Positions 1 through 10,123 of a DNA stretch of 64,000 nucleotides are shown in pieces; position 1 is the first letter of the stretch; every line of letters begins with the position of its first letter. The notes below the pieces were generated by a model that had not been told where the DNA came from, searched no databases, and saw only the letters and a list, made by a program, of their open reading frames with translations. The position numbers were made by a program, and so were the translations under genes. The DNA is from Candidatus Sulfomarinibacteraceae bacterium (GTDB lineage: Bacteria > Acidobacteriota > Thermoanaerobaculia > Thermoanaerobaculales > Sulfomarinibacteraceae). Location of the stretch: positions 1,056,001 through 1,120,000 of the forward strand of contig CAWCLO010000004.1 in NCBI GenBank assembly GCA_963796455.1, in the 5' to 3' direction.

Positions 1-34
1 CGTTGAGAGTCGGGATGATGACGGCGAGCTTCAA
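1..34 (-). CDS. Glycosyltransferase family 2, N-terminus only (runs off the window)
   Basis: Reverse strand reads TTG-KLAVIIPTLN, the typical GT2 start motif, preceded by a GAGGAGG RBS. Confidence 0.7.
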   Translation of the reverse strand, partial: MKLAVIIPTLN

Positions 35-123
35 GGTGGGGTGCCTCCTCGGTGGGTTGATTCTAGACGAGACGAGTTGAGACCTTCGAACCCGGGGACC
101 GGATACGCTATTATTCCCCGGCT

Positions 124-483
124 ATGGAGAAGATCACTACCGTTGACGAGATTCCCGGCAAGGGCCTGCGATTCACTTACAAGGAGGGCCCTTTCGACGA
201 GGAGGGAATCCTCCTGAAGATGGCTGACGGGTCGGTGCGAGCATTCAAAAACGAGTGCCGACACCTGCCGATGCGTCTCGACGACCGCGAACCACGCGAA
301 CTCTGGGACCCAACCGGTCGCTATCTTGTTTGTTCATCACACGGCGCCCGTTACCAGCCTCACGACGGCCTTTGCGTCGGCGGACCGTGCGAGGGATCAC
401 ACCTGAGAACCCTCCCGATCGAAGTCCAGGATGGTGTTGTATACCTCGACACATCCAAGGTCGGTGGCTTTTTCAACGTCTGA
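124..483 (+). CDS. Rieske (2Fe-2S) ferredoxin-like protein
   Basis: CRH and CSSH Rieske ligand motifs, followed by G.C..GP. Confidence 0.9.
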   Translation: MEKITTVDEIPGKGLRFTYKEGPFDEEGILLKMADGSVRAFKNECRHLPMRLDDREPRELWDPTGRYLVCSSHGARYQPHDGLCVGGPCEGSHLRTLPIEVQDGVVYLDTSKVGGFFNV

Positions 484-552
484 CGCATTCGGACAAAACG
501 CAGCGGCCCGGAGCCGGCCATCTCGTCGCAACCACCACGTCACCAAGGACGG

Positions 553-1412
553 ACACCAGGAAAACCACAGGGGCACAGAGACACAGAGAGAGAACGCCCG
601 CAGATCACGCAGATAGACGCAGATGACAGCCTGATTGCGGAGACATCAGCCACCGCTGCAAACAAACCACCTCCGCCTCCCGAGTTCTTAACGCAGAGAC
701 GCAAAGGCGCTAAGGCGCAGAGGACTTCCCGGCGCCATCCCCGGTCCGGCGAGATCCTGGCCGCCCAGGGCGGCCAGAAACCGCTGGGTCAGGAAACCGC
801 TCCGAAAACCAGCTCTCGTCTCGGTTTCCTGACCCAGCGGCCTGCGCAGTCGCGCAGGTCTCGCCTTCTTCCTCTCCCTTTCTTCAATTGAGGATGGGTG
901 CCCCCCGAAGCAAGGCAGAACCGGCATGCCGTAGGCGTGCCGGACGGTGGGAAGCGGGGTGACTCCGAGCGCTGGCGATTGGAGTCTCCCCTCTTCTCAC
1001 CGGCGACGGGCGATCGGAGATCGTCTGGCGATCTGCCGACACTGATGGCGCCCTCGCACAAGTTCGCCAACCAGGCCTTGGCGTCTCTGCGACTTTGCGT
1101 TCTTTGCGTTCTTTGCGGTTCAACCATGTGCACGCGAGACGCGTGCACCACCATGGTGGTGCAGCCGTCCCGGCTGCACTTCGGTCGTGCCTTTGCGATG
1201 GCTTCTGTGTTTTTCTGTGTGCTCTGTGGTCCTTTACGCCAGCCCTCTTCGTTCCCTCTCTGTGTCTCCGTGCCTCCGTGGTTTTCCTGGTGTGACCCCT
1301 TAGTGCCTTTGTGTCTTCGTGTTTGCGGCGAGTTCGTGTGCGATGGATCTGCGTCCATCTGCGTGATCTGCGGGCGTTCTCTCTCTCTGTGTCTCTGTGC
1401 CTCCGTGGTTTT
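553..1412. repeat. Nested inverted-repeat / REP mosaic between convergent genes
   Basis: About 65-bp inverted repeat, 561-624 vs 1347-1412 (CACAGAG and CGCAGAT units); partial extra copy 1257-1293; CGCAAAG/CTTTGCG arrays; 19-bp IR 781-799/822-840; several small hairpins. Confidence 0.85.
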
Positions 1413-1423
1413 CGGCCTCGGAA

Positions 1424-2227
1424 TCACATCGAGTCGACGAACTCATTCATCTTGTCGAAAGCCTCGCCGATCGACTCAACGCTCCACAAAAGCGGCTGAT
1501 AGGTGGTGATCGGATACTCGGTGTCCTTCGCCGCCCAGGGATCAAATGGTCTGATCTCGACCTCACCGGACAACGAGTGCTCGAGCTCGCCAAAGCTCGA
1601 CAGCAGCCCCGCACCATAGGCCTTCACCTGACCGTTCTCGATCAGCACGCCATACTCGATAGTGAACCAATAAAGGGTCGCCAACTGTTCGATCTGCTCG
1701 TCGTTGGCACGCAATGATCCTTCCCCTATTTTTTGCGAGAGGTCGGCAAACTGGGGAATTCCAAGCATCGGCGCGTGCCCCATCAATTCGTGCACGATGT
1801 CGGGTTCCGGCGTATAAAGCGGTTGCGAGTGGTGCCTGATGTACTGCGTGGCGCAGAAGACGCGCCGCGACAGCGCCTCCAGAAACTGACGCGCCGAAAC
1901 GAGACCTGCGACCGGGTGCAGGCGGAAACCCGTCCGTTGGGTCAGAAACTCGCTCACGTCGGCGAGTTGCGGAACCTGGTCCTCGCGATGCCCGATGTCA
2001 TCGATGACATCAACGAACTCGTGGCATGCGTGGGTCGGGTAGAGGGCTGTGAGTTTGCGAAATGCGGTGCCCCATGTCTGTCTTTCGGTCTCGGTGTAGA
2101 CCACTCGCTGCGGGGGTATATCCGAATCCAGAGGCGGTGCGAGCACCGCGATCTCTCCGCGCCGCTTCCTGTATTCCTCGTCGTTGAATCCAGGATGATC
2201 CGCTTCGAGCTCGACAATGTGTTCCAT
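1424..2227 (-). CDS. phhA: Phenylalanine 4-monooxygenase (biopterin-dependent aromatic amino acid hydroxylase)
   Basis: ELEADHPGF, TQYIRH, PEPDIVHELMGH, YWFTIEYG, KAYGAGLLSS; GGAG RBS before ATG 2227. Confidence 0.93.
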   Translation of the reverse strand: MEHIVELEADHPGFNDEEYRKRRGEIAVLAPPLDSDIPPQRVVYTETERQTWGTAFRKLTALYPTHACHEFVDVIDDIGHREDQVPQLADVSEFLTQRTGFRLHPVAGLVSARQFLEALSRRVFCATQYIRHHSQPLYTPEPDIVHELMGHAPMLGIPQFADLSQKIGEGSLRANDEQIEQLATLYWFTIEYGVLIENGQVKAYGAGLLSSFGELEHSLSGEVEIRPFDPWAAKDTEYPITTYQPLLWSVESIGEAFDKMNEFVDSM

Positions 2228-2246
2228 ACGCCACTCCAATTCAATT

Positions 2247-2282
2247 GCAGGATACAAGATGCAGGATACAAGATGCGGGATT
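2247..2282 (+). repeat. Heptamer tandem array (CAGGATA/CAAGATG)
   Basis: caggata caagatg caggata caagatg cgggatt. Confidence 0.75.
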
Positions 2283-2304
2283 ACTCTTTTCCAAGAGTGT
2301 GTCT

Positions 2305-3072
2305 CGGACAGCGTTCAGGGACAGCGACCGCAATCAGTGTTCAGCGGCAGCGTTCAGTCATCAGCGATCAGCTGCAGGGACTGCGAACAGCGCTCACTTT
2401 GTCGGGTTCAACATCCGCCAAGTCATGGCACGGACCTGATCGAAGCCCTTCATCGCCTGACTGGCATCAATCCGGCTGATCGCCCCGGCGTGAGCGAGGA
2501 GTTCCAAGTGGCTGTCGACCTCTTTCGCCGAGGCGTAGGCGATTCTCCAGTGATTCAACCGGTCTCTACCGAATCGGCCGTGCCCTTCTGCCAGGTTCGC
2601 AGGGACCGAACTTGGCGACCGGATTACCTGATCGGCTATGGATTTCAGCGGAGCTGGAACCCTCATCACGAGCTTGATCGCGATTCCTGCTGCTTCGAGG
2701 GCTTTCGAGTGGGCAATGAGGTTGGTGGTCGTGGCGGCTTTGGACATGGTCACCTCCGGGTCGTTCATGCCCAGACCCACAAGCCGGTGTGGCGGTCGAT
2801 GTCAAGGATGCCCTGCACCCTGCCTGTCCTTGACATCGGCCGCCCACCGGCTACCCCTTCCTTTGAACGACCCGGAGGCGGCCACTTCGTCGCCTGTACT
2901 CCTGACCGCTGGCCGCTGTTCCCTGACGCTGTTCCCTGACGCTGTTGCCTGTCGCTGTTCTCTGTCGCTGTCCCTGGACGCTGTCCCTGCCGCTGTCCCT
3001 GGACGCTGTCCCTGCCGCTGTCCCTGGACGCTGTCCCTGAACGCTGTCCCTGCAGCTGTTCGCTGCCCCCTG
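2305..3072 (-). mobile_element. Putative repeat-flanked element carrying a four-helix-bundle gene
   Basis: Gene bracketed by inverted arrays: CAGGGACAGCG-type at 2305-2393 and (CGCTGTCCCTG-N1-2)n at about 2901-3072; related gene-less copies elsewhere in the window. Confidence 0.6.
2394..2747 (-). CDS. Four helix bundle protein (23S rRNA IVP / Avd-like family)
   Basis: DQVIRSPSSVPANLAEGHGR and IAYASAKEV match the family pattern Q..RA..S+..N+AEG..R...A.GS..E; GGAGG RBS; 117 aa. Confidence 0.88.
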   Translation of the reverse strand: MSKAATTTNLIAHSKALEAAGIAIKLVMRVPAPLKSIADQVIRSPSSVPANLAEGHGRFGRDRLNHWRIAYASAKEVDSHLELLAHAGAISRIDASQAMKGFDQVRAMTWRMLNPTK

Positions 3073-3159
3073 GATGAACCCCACGACCTGGACTGGGGTC
3101 GTGCAGAATCCACGATTCGGGAGGCACGATGATCGGACAGATTCGGTCCATTGGGGGCG

Positions 3160-3195
3160 AAAATCCGAAATTCGAAATCCGAAATCCGAAATCTG
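3160..3195 (+). repeat. Heptamer tandem array (AAATCCG)
   Basis: aaatccg aaattcg aaatccg aaatccg aaatctg. Confidence 0.8.
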
Positions 3196-3245
3196 AGCTC
3201 GTGGGCTGCGAATTTCCGTTAATCTCACCCCTGGAGGTTCGTTTA

Positions 3246-3824
3246 ATGGTTGACGAGAAAGAAGAGGAGGACCGAGTGGAAGCTGCTCTCGCCAATTCTG
3301 ACAACGACACCGCCGGCTGGCTGGAAACGATCTATCGCGACGACGCGACGGTGGTGCTCCAGACCGCCTACCGGGTCACCGGCAATGCTGCGGATGCCGA
3401 GGACGTGTTGCAAACCGTTTTCACACGGCTCGCCCGGCGCACCGACCGGCCCGACTTCTCCACCGGTTCGCGCGCCTATCTCAGGCGAGCGGCGACAAAC
3501 GCCGCCCTCGACATCGTGCAATCCAAGCGAGCCAGGAGCGGCGTCTCCCTCGAGGCCGTTGGTGATGATGGAGCTCCGGACGAAGGTCCGTCCCCGGCCC
3601 GGCAACACCTCGGTCGTGAGATGCACCGGCATCTTCGGCAGGCCTTGACGAAGCTGAGCCGCCGCGGTGCCGAGGTCTTCGTCCTGCGCTATTTCGAGGG
3701 ACTCGACAACACCGAAATCGCCGAACACCTCGGTACAAGCACCAACACCGTCGCGGTGACCCTTCACCGCGCACGCGCCCGCCTTAAAGAAGAGATGGGC
3801 CCATTCATGGGAGGCATCCAATGA
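3246..3824 (+). CDS. ECF RNA polymerase sigma factor
   Basis: AEDVLQTVF (region 2); VFVLRYFEGLDNTEIAEHLG...LHRAR (region 4); GGAGG RBS. Confidence 0.93.
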   Translation: MVDEKEEEDRVEAALANSDNDTAGWLETIYRDDATVVLQTAYRVTGNAADAEDVLQTVFTRLARRTDRPDFSTGSRAYLRRAATNAALDIVQSKRARSGVSLEAVGDDGAPDEGPSPARQHLGREMHRHLRQALTKLSRRGAEVFVLRYFEGLDNTEIAEHLGTSTNTVAVTLHRARARLKEEMGPFMGGIQ

Positions 3825-6451
3825 CCGATCACAGCAATGACATCGACCGCCAGATTGAACTCGCTGCGCGGGAAATCGAAGCAAAACAGCTCGATCAACA
3901 AACAGAAACCGAGGCCATCGACCGGGTTTGGGAGAAGATTTCAACCGATCTCGGCGCCACCAGGCCCTTGACGAGCTGTGAGGACTTTCAGACCGAGATT
4001 CCGGCTTTTGTTGCCGGCGAGCTCTCGGACGCCCGTGCCCTCCTGGTGGGCGATCACACCCGTGAGTGCGTCCCGTGCCGCCGGGCCCTTTTGGAAGCGC
4101 GGAGCGGAGTCCGGGTCGCCCCGGCTGCGGTCAGGACCAGCTCGTGGTCGGCTTTCCGCACGAATGCCCTCCGAATCGCCGCTGCGATCGTTCTCTGTGC
4201 CGGTGGATACGGCGCCTACATCGCTGTCGGCAACTCGATGGCCGATCGCCGGCTCGAGGCCACCATCGAGTCGATCGATGGTTCGCTGCAACTCGTGGAA
4301 GGCTCCAGTTCTGCGGCCCTCGCGCCGGGCGACGTCTTTCGGGCGCGTCAAGTTCTCCGGACGAACAAAGATTCCGGCGCTCTCTTCCGTCTCGCCGATG
4401 GCTCACTGATCGAGATGGACGAACGTTCAGAGATCAGCCTCCGCGCCACACGGCAGGGCTCTACAATTGACCTGTCGCGGGGCAATATCATCGTCCACGC
4501 CGCCAAACAAAACGATGGCCGGCTGTTTGTCGACACCAATGACTGCCGGGTCGCCGTCAAGGGAACCATCTTTGCGGTAGATCACGGGCTCAAGGGCTCC
4601 CGGGTGTCGGTGATCGAGGGTGAAGTCGAAGTCAGAGAAGGTGCGGCGCTGGCCGTGCTGCGTCCCGGAGACCAGATCACAACCGGCAGCCGGCTCCGCC
4701 GGGTGCCGCTCGAAGACCAGTTCGGGTGGAGCCGCGACGCCGAAAAACACCGCGCACTCCTGCGCGAGTTAACCGTCCTCCGTCGGGTCGTGGCCGACGC
4801 CGTCGATACGGCGCCTCCCCGGACCTCGACGTTCCTCCTCGATCTCGTGCCCCCCGACACCATGTTCTATGCGGCGATGCCAAATGTGGCGGAAGACTTC
4901 GATGCCGCCCGTGCAGCTTTTTATGAACGCCTCGAAGCCAGTGAGGTGCTCGCGAGCTGGTGGCAGGAAACTGTGGTCGACAAGGGTTTCGACACCCAGA
5001 TCGAAGAGCTCCTGGACCGCGTGCAGCCTCTTGGCGATGCCATCGGTGCTGAGGCCGCGATCGCTGTCCCCGCTTCGATGATGCTCAACGATGGTCCCCC
5101 GGTTTTCATGGCCGAAGTGGACGACCCGGAGACCGTCCGCCAGTTCATTTCGAGCTTGATTGAGGAGGCCGATGCCGACGGTGAAATGAACGGCGAAGTT
5201 GTTCTGATTGACGATCCACGCACCGCAGCCCCGGTTGAAGCCGAGGTGGTCGTGTGGGTGGATGGAGATCTGCTCGCGGCCGCCTCCGATCTCGAGGCGC
5301 TCCGGGCTCTCGCCTTCCGGGTCGATAATCCCGGACAGCGTGAATTCATCGGAACAGATCTCCACACTCGCCTCAGCCAGGCCTATGCACAGGGCGTGGG
5401 CTGGATCGCCGGTGTCGACATCAAAGCGGCCATGGCGCGTGCGGCTGAGGAGATGGAAGCCGACGAGGTTGAGGTCCTGGAGGATCTCGGCATACTCGAT
5501 GCAACCACGATGGTGATCGAGCGCCACCGCGACGGTGACTGGTACGCCACCGATGCCGAGGTGTTGTTCGACCAACCGCGACGCGGTGTGATGGCGTGGC
5601 TTGCCGAGCCGGCGGCAATGGGCAGCCTCGAGTTTGTTTCACCAGAGGCATATATCGCTGCTTCGGCCGTGACGCGCGACGCGTCCGAGATGTTCGACGA
5701 TCTCATGGCCTTCGTGTCAACGCAGGACGAAAACGCGTTTGAACAACTGCGGCTCTTCGAGGAACGTTTCGGCATCAACATCCGGGATGACCTGGCCGCG
5801 ACATTCGGCGGCGAAGCGACGCTGGCCCTTGACGGACCGATGCTACCGGTTCCGTCGTGGAAGTTGATCGTCGAGGTCTATGATCCGGAAACGCTCCTGC
5901 ACACGATTGAAAGGGCCGTTGCCGAGGTCAATGTCATGCTCGCCGAAAAGGACGAGGGTTCGGTTCAACTCGAAGCGGCGGATTTCGCAGGACGTACCTA
6001 CTTCACGCTGAGCCGTGAGGGGATCGATGGTGCGGTTGTGTTGACGACCGTCGACGGCTATATGGTGATGGCGCCGAGCCGGGCACTCATCGAGCAGGCA
6101 ATCGGTTATCGGAGCTCGGGTGTGACCCTGGCAAGTTCCGATGCATTTCGGGCTCTGCTGCCCGACAACGGCTACACCGATTGTTCGGCCCTGGTTTACC
6201 GCGATCTCAATTCACTTTTAGATGCTGTGCCGGCCGAGATGCTCGGCGACGCCGAGATCATCGACAGCCTCAGCGACGAACTCAGCAAGGGTCTGGTCTG
6301 CGTCTTCGGTGAGAGCGACCGGGTGCGTGCGAGCGCCACCGGCGGCAGCCTGATGGGGCTCGGTTCAATGCTCGGGATGCACGGGGCCATGCAAGCTGAC
6401 ACTGTCATCGAGGAGATCGAAACGACAGACACGGTATCATCTGAGGGATGA
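3821..6451 (+). CDS. Anti-sigma factor: zinc-finger (HxxxCxxC), TM helix, FecR domain and large periplasmic domain
   Basis: HTRECVPC; hydrophobic helix; [11 protein letters not shown]ecR motif; ATGA overlap with the sigma gene. Confidence 0.82.
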   Translation: MTDHSNDIDRQIELAAREIEAKQLDQQTETEAIDRVWEKISTDLGATRPLTSCEDFQTEIPAFVAGELSDARALLVGDHTRECVPCRRALLEARSGVRVAPAAVRTSSWSAFRTNALRIAAAIVLCAGGYGAYIAVGNSMADRRLEATIESIDGSLQLVEGSSSAALAPGDVFRARQVLRTNKDSGALFRLADGSLIEMDERSEISLRATRQGSTIDLSRGNIIVHAAKQNDGRLFVDTNDCRVAVKGTIFAVDHGLKGSRVSVIEGEVEVREGAALAVLRPGDQITTGSRLRRVPLEDQFGWSRDAEKHRALLRELTVLRRVVADAVDTAPPRTSTFLLDLVPPDTMFYAAMPNVAEDFDAARAAFYERLEASEVLASWWQETVVDKGFDTQIEELLDRVQPLGDAIGAEAAIAVPASMMLNDGPPVFMAEVDDPETVRQFISSLIEEADADGEMNGEVVLIDDPRTAAPVEAEVVVWVDGDLLAAASDLEALRALAFRVDNPGQREFIGTDLHTRLSQAYAQGVGWIAGVDIKAAMARAAEEMEADEVEVLEDLGILDATTMVIERHRDGDWYATDAEVLFDQPRRGVMAWLAEPAAMGSLEFVSPEAYIAASAVTRDASEMFDDLMAFVSTQDENAFEQLRLFEERFGINIRDDLAATFGGEATLALDGPMLPVPSWKLIVEVYDPETLLHTIERAVAEVNVMLAEKDEGSVQLEAADFAGRTYFTLSREGIDGAVVLTTVDGYMVMAPSRALIEQAIGYRSSGVTLASSDAFRALLPDNGYTDCSALVYRDLNSLLDAVPAEMLGDAEIIDSLSDELSKGLVCVFGESDRVRASATGGSLMGLGSMLGMHGAMQADTVIEEIETTDTVSSEG

Positions 6452-7401
6452 ATCCAGCCGAAACGTCATCGCAGCCGGCGATCGAGCTCGACGGACTCTC
6501 CGTCAACCTCGGCGGCCGACCGATCCTGGTGGATCTGCACGCCTCCCTCCGGGGGCGTGCGATCGGTCTCCTCGGGCCCAACGGTGCGGGCAAGACCACC
6601 CTCTTGAGGACCATGCTCGGCTTCTTCCCACCGACCTCCGGAAACGCAGCCGTCCTCGGCCTCTCCCTTGCCTCAGAAGGGAAAGAGCTTCGCGCTCAGG
6701 TCGGTTACATGCCGGAAAACGACGCCTTTATCGCGGGCATGACGGCAGTCCACTTCGTGCGATTCATGGCCGAGCTCAGTGGTGTGGCCGCCGAACCGGC
6801 CCTCGAACGGGCCCACGAGACCCTCTTCTATGTCGGCCTCGGTGAAGCCCGTTATCGCAAGCTCGGGACCTTCTCCACCGGGATGAAACAGATGGTCAAG
6901 CTGGCTCAGGCCCTTGTCCACGGGCCGCGGCTCCTGATGCTCGATGAACCCACCAACGGTCTCGATCCGCCAGCCCGCAAAAGGATGTTGGATCTGGTGA
7001 TGGAAATCCGCGACCGAGGCGAAACCAATATTCTCCTCTCGTCACACCTCCTGCAGGACGTCGAAATGGTCTGCGACGAGGTCGTGATTCTGAAAGATGG
7101 GCGTATCGCCGCCAGCTGTGATCTCGAGTCCGAGCGTCGCGCCAACAAGTCCTTTGTCGAAGTCGAGCTTCACACGCCCACCCCGGCTTTTGCCGACGCC
7201 CTTACCGAGCTCGGGTGTGAATTCGCCGTCAGGGACGGCGGCCGAATTAAACTCGTGCTGCCGGAGGGACGAACCGTTCGCGACCTCTACACCGCGGCCG
7301 ATCGCCTCGGAGTCGGCATCCGCCACCTCGATCTCAAACGCGACTCGCTGCAGGACATCTTCCTGCGTGCGATGGAGGGAGATGTCAATGGCGGTGTATG
7401 A
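6448..7401 (+). CDS. ABC transporter ATP-binding protein
   Basis: [24 protein letters not shown]. Confidence 0.95.
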   Translation: MNPAETSSQPAIELDGLSVNLGGRPILVDLHASLRGRAIGLLGPNGAGKTTLLRTMLGFFPPTSGNAAVLGLSLASEGKELRAQVGYMPENDAFIAGMTAVHFVRFMAELSGVAAEPALERAHETLFYVGLGEARYRKLGTFSTGMKQMVKLAQALVHGPRLLMLDEPTNGLDPPARKRMLDLVMEIRDRGETNILLSSHLLQDVEMVCDEVVILKDGRIAASCDLESERRANKSFVEVELHTPTPAFADALTELGCEFAVRDGGRIKLVLPEGRTVRDLYTAADRLGVGIRHLDLKRDSLQDIFLRAMEGDVNGGV

Positions 7402-8248
7402 GCGGATCTGGCGCCGCTACACGGGCGAATTGACTCCCCTCAAGTGGCGCTTTCTGGTGGTCAGTAAATATGCCCTCGGAGACACTTTCGCTTCCAGGAT
7501 CTTTACCGCTTTCTACGCACTGTGTTTTCTTCCTTCGGTGGTCGGCATTTTGTTCATCTACCTCAGCCACAACGTGTCGTTGCTGCAACAACTCGGCATG
7601 CCCGAAGATCTGATGAAGGTGCTCACATCCAAGTTCTTCATGGTTTTGTTTTCCTGGCAGGCTATCCCCGCCTTTCTGGTGGCGGTCCTGGTTTCACCGA
7701 GCCTGATCGCGGCCGATCTCTCGAACAACGCCATGCCGCTCTACCTCAGCCGCCCTCTGACCCGTTCGGAGTACGTGCTCGGAAAAATGACCGTTTTGGC
7801 TCTGCTGCTTTCACCGATGACCTGGATCATGGGTCTCCTGATCTTCGGGCTCCAGGCCTATCTCGAGGGCGGGCGCTGGTGGATCGACAACTACCAGATC
7901 GGGATGGCCTATCTCGTCGGCCACCTGACCTGGATCGTCGTCATTTCCTTCCTGACCCTCGCGATCTCGGCATGGGTGCGTTACAAACCGGTGGCTCGTG
8001 GCGCGCTCTTCGCGATCATCTTCATCCTTGCGGGCTTCGCCACAGCGGTGAACGGGGTGACCCGGACCTCATGGGGTGATCTCATCCATATCGTCCAGGC
8101 AATCAACAGCGTGGTCATGTCGCTCTTCGGCGCGCCAACCCCGAGCGGGCTGCCCGTTTTCTATAACTGGCTCACCCTGGCCGGCGTGACGGCGCTCAGC
8201 ATCTGGCTCATTCATCGGAAATTGCGCGCCCACGAGGTCGTCAAATGA
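7388..8248 (+). CDS. ABC-2 type permease
   Basis: About 6 TM helices; [16 protein letters not shown] motif. Confidence 0.88.
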   Translation: MAVYERIWRRYTGELTPLKWRFLVVSKYALGDTFASRIFTAFYALCFLPSVVGILFIYLSHNVSLLQQLGMPEDLMKVLTSKFFMVLFSWQAIPAFLVAVLVSPSLIAADLSNNAMPLYLSRPLTRSEYVLGKMTVLALLLSPMTWIMGLLIFGLQAYLEGGRWWIDNYQIGMAYLVGHLTWIVVISFLTLAISAWVRYKPVARGALFAIIFILAGFATAVNGVTRTSWGDLIHIVQAINSVVMSLFGAPTPSGLPVFYNWLTLAGVTALSIWLIHRKLRAHEVVK

Positions 8249-9192
8249 GCTCGGACCGCATCGTTTTCCATGACGTTTCGAAGTTCTACGGCGAGGTCCT
8301 CGGTGTCAACAAGGTCAGCCTGGAAGTGTCTCCCGGGCTGACCGGCCTGGTAGGTCCGAATGGATCCGGCAAGAGCACGCTCATGCATCTGATGACGGGC
8401 CTTCTGCGTCCGAGCCGCGGTGAGATCTCGGTGCTCGGCATCAGTCCAGATAAACCCGAGGAGCTTTTTCGGGTTCTCGGCTATTGCACTCAATACGACA
8501 CATTTCCAAACGGTTCCACGGGTTTGAGTTTTCTCCGCCACACCCTGGCGATGCACGGTTTCAAGGGCCCCGAGGCCGACGAGCGCGCCTGGGCGTCTCT
8601 CGAGCGGGTCGGTCTGACCGACGCCGCCCGGCGGCGAATTGCCGGCTACTCCAAGGGCATGCGGCAACGAATCAAGTTGGCTCACGCCAACTGTCACGGC
8701 CCCAAGGTGCTCGTCCTCGACGAACCTCTGAACGGTCTCGATCCCATGGGGCGAGCCGAAATGATCGAGCTCTTTTCCGAACTCGCCCACGAAGGCCGGC
8801 ACGTCATCGTCTCCAGCCACATCCTGCACGAGGTGGACATCATCTCCGATGGGGTCATCATGATTCATGGAGGGGCCATCGTCGCCGAAGGCGAAATCCG
8901 CGCGGTCCGCGGTGAGATCACCTCGCACCCGATCCAGGTTCTGATCAGGTGCGATCGACCGCACGCTGTCGCGGCCAGGGTCTTCGAGCTCGAACACGTG
9001 GTCGAGGCCCGGATCATCGATACCGAGGGTCTGCTGGTCCGTACCCGTGAGGCCACGTCCTTTTTTACCGAACTGAACCGGATCGTCCTCGATACGGAGG
9101 TCGTCATCGAGACCGTGGCGCCGGCGGACGAAAGCGTGCACGCGGTCTATGACTATCTCATCGGCGAGAGCTCGGGTGGAGGTGGTGCATGA
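8245..9192 (+). CDS. ABC transporter ATP-binding protein
   Basis: GPNGSGKS, YSKGMRQ, LDEPLNGLD. Confidence 0.95.
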   Translation: MSSDRIVFHDVSKFYGEVLGVNKVSLEVSPGLTGLVGPNGSGKSTLMHLMTGLLRPSRGEISVLGISPDKPEELFRVLGYCTQYDTFPNGSTGLSFLRHTLAMHGFKGPEADERAWASLERVGLTDAARRRIAGYSKGMRQRIKLAHANCHGPKVLVLDEPLNGLDPMGRAEMIELFSELAHEGRHVIVSSHILHEVDIISDGVIMIHGGAIVAEGEIRAVRGEITSHPIQVLIRCDRPHAVAARVFELEHVVEARIIDTEGLLVRTREATSFFTELNRIVLDTEVVIETVAPADESVHAVYDYLIGESSGGGGA

Positions 9193-10016
9193 ATCCGGAG
9201 ACCACCAGCACCCCTTTGTGGCGCACCCAACTGTCGACCATCGTGCGTACCGAAGTCGTGCGGACCCTCTTCAGCCGGCGATCGATCGCAGTCTACCTGC
9301 TGGTCGCAATGCCACTGGCGCTCATGTTGTTGCGGGCGCTCTTCATGCCGTCATCGATGCGGGCGAACGCCACCCACGCCACCACCGAATTCGCCGAGGT
9401 CTTCCACATTTTCATTCTTCGATTCGTGATCTTCTTTTCCAACGCCATGATCTTTGTCCGCCTCTTTCGCGGCGAGATGCTCGAGAAATCGCTGCACTAT
9501 ACGCTGCTGGCTCCGGTTCGGAGGGACCTGCTGGTGGCCGGGAAGTATCTTGGTGGGGTTATTTCGGCCATGCTGATCCTCCTCCCGACCACCGTTCTTT
9601 CTTATGTCCTGGTTTTTCTGCCGCACGGCAGCAAAGGCTTGGCACTCATGGCCTCGCGCAACGGGCTTGCAAATCTGGGCGGTTATCTCCTGATCACGAC
9701 CCTCGCCTGCTTCGCCTATGGGTCTCTCTTCATGCTCGCCGGTCTTTTCTTCAAAAACCCGATGGTGCCTGCGGTTCTCTTTTTGGGGTGGGAGATCTTG
9801 ACGCCCTTCCTACCGACCCTGCTGAAGTACCTCAGCTTTGTTCACTATCTGGTTTCCTTCGCGCCGGTTCCCGTGAGCCTCGGGGCCTTTGCCCTCCTCG
9901 CAAGACCGGTCCCGTGGTGGATCGCTCTGCTGGCGATTTTCTCGGTATCGGCGGCGCTGGTCTTTCTTGCCTCGATGGTCGCGAAGCGTTTGGAAGTTAC
10001 CTACTCGGTCGACTGA
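9189..10016 (+). CDS. ABC-2 type permease
   Basis: Multi-TM; LLAPVRRDLLVAGK motif. Confidence 0.88.
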   Translation: MNPETTSTPLWRTQLSTIVRTEVVRTLFSRRSIAVYLLVAMPLALMLLRALFMPSSMRANATHATTEFAEVFHIFILRFVIFFSNAMIFVRLFRGEMLEKSLHYTLLAPVRRDLLVAGKYLGGVISAMLILLPTTVLSYVLVFLPHGSKGLALMASRNGLANLGGYLLITTLACFAYGSLFMLAGLFFKNPMVPAVLFLGWEILTPFLPTLLKYLSFVHYLVSFAPVPVSLGAFALLARPVPWWIALLAIFSVSAALVFLASMVAKRLEVTYSVD

Positions 10017-10089
10017 GCAGCGGTGAAAGCACACGAGTGAGCAAGGAAAAAGAAGGCTCTGAGGAGGCCAGAAGCATCAGGATTGCCCG

Positions 10090-10123
10090 TCTCCCTTTCC
10101 CCCTTTCTCCCTTTCCCATTTCT
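10090..10123 (+). repeat. Octamer array (CTCCCTTT family)
   Basis: ctcccttt cccctttctcccttt cccattt, the same unit as 21473-21555. Confidence 0.7.

Noticed and set aside
688..1509. ORFs of up to 212 aa in the first intergenic region
   Set aside because: Low-complexity translations of repeats (LCVLCVLC, TQRHRE) with no recognisable domain.
2394..2747. Diversity-generating retroelement (Avd-like gene)
   Set aside because: No reverse transcriptase and no template/variable repeat pair with adenine-specific mismatches seen in the window.
2394..2747. 23S rRNA intervening sequence
   Set aside because: The flanks are not rRNA.
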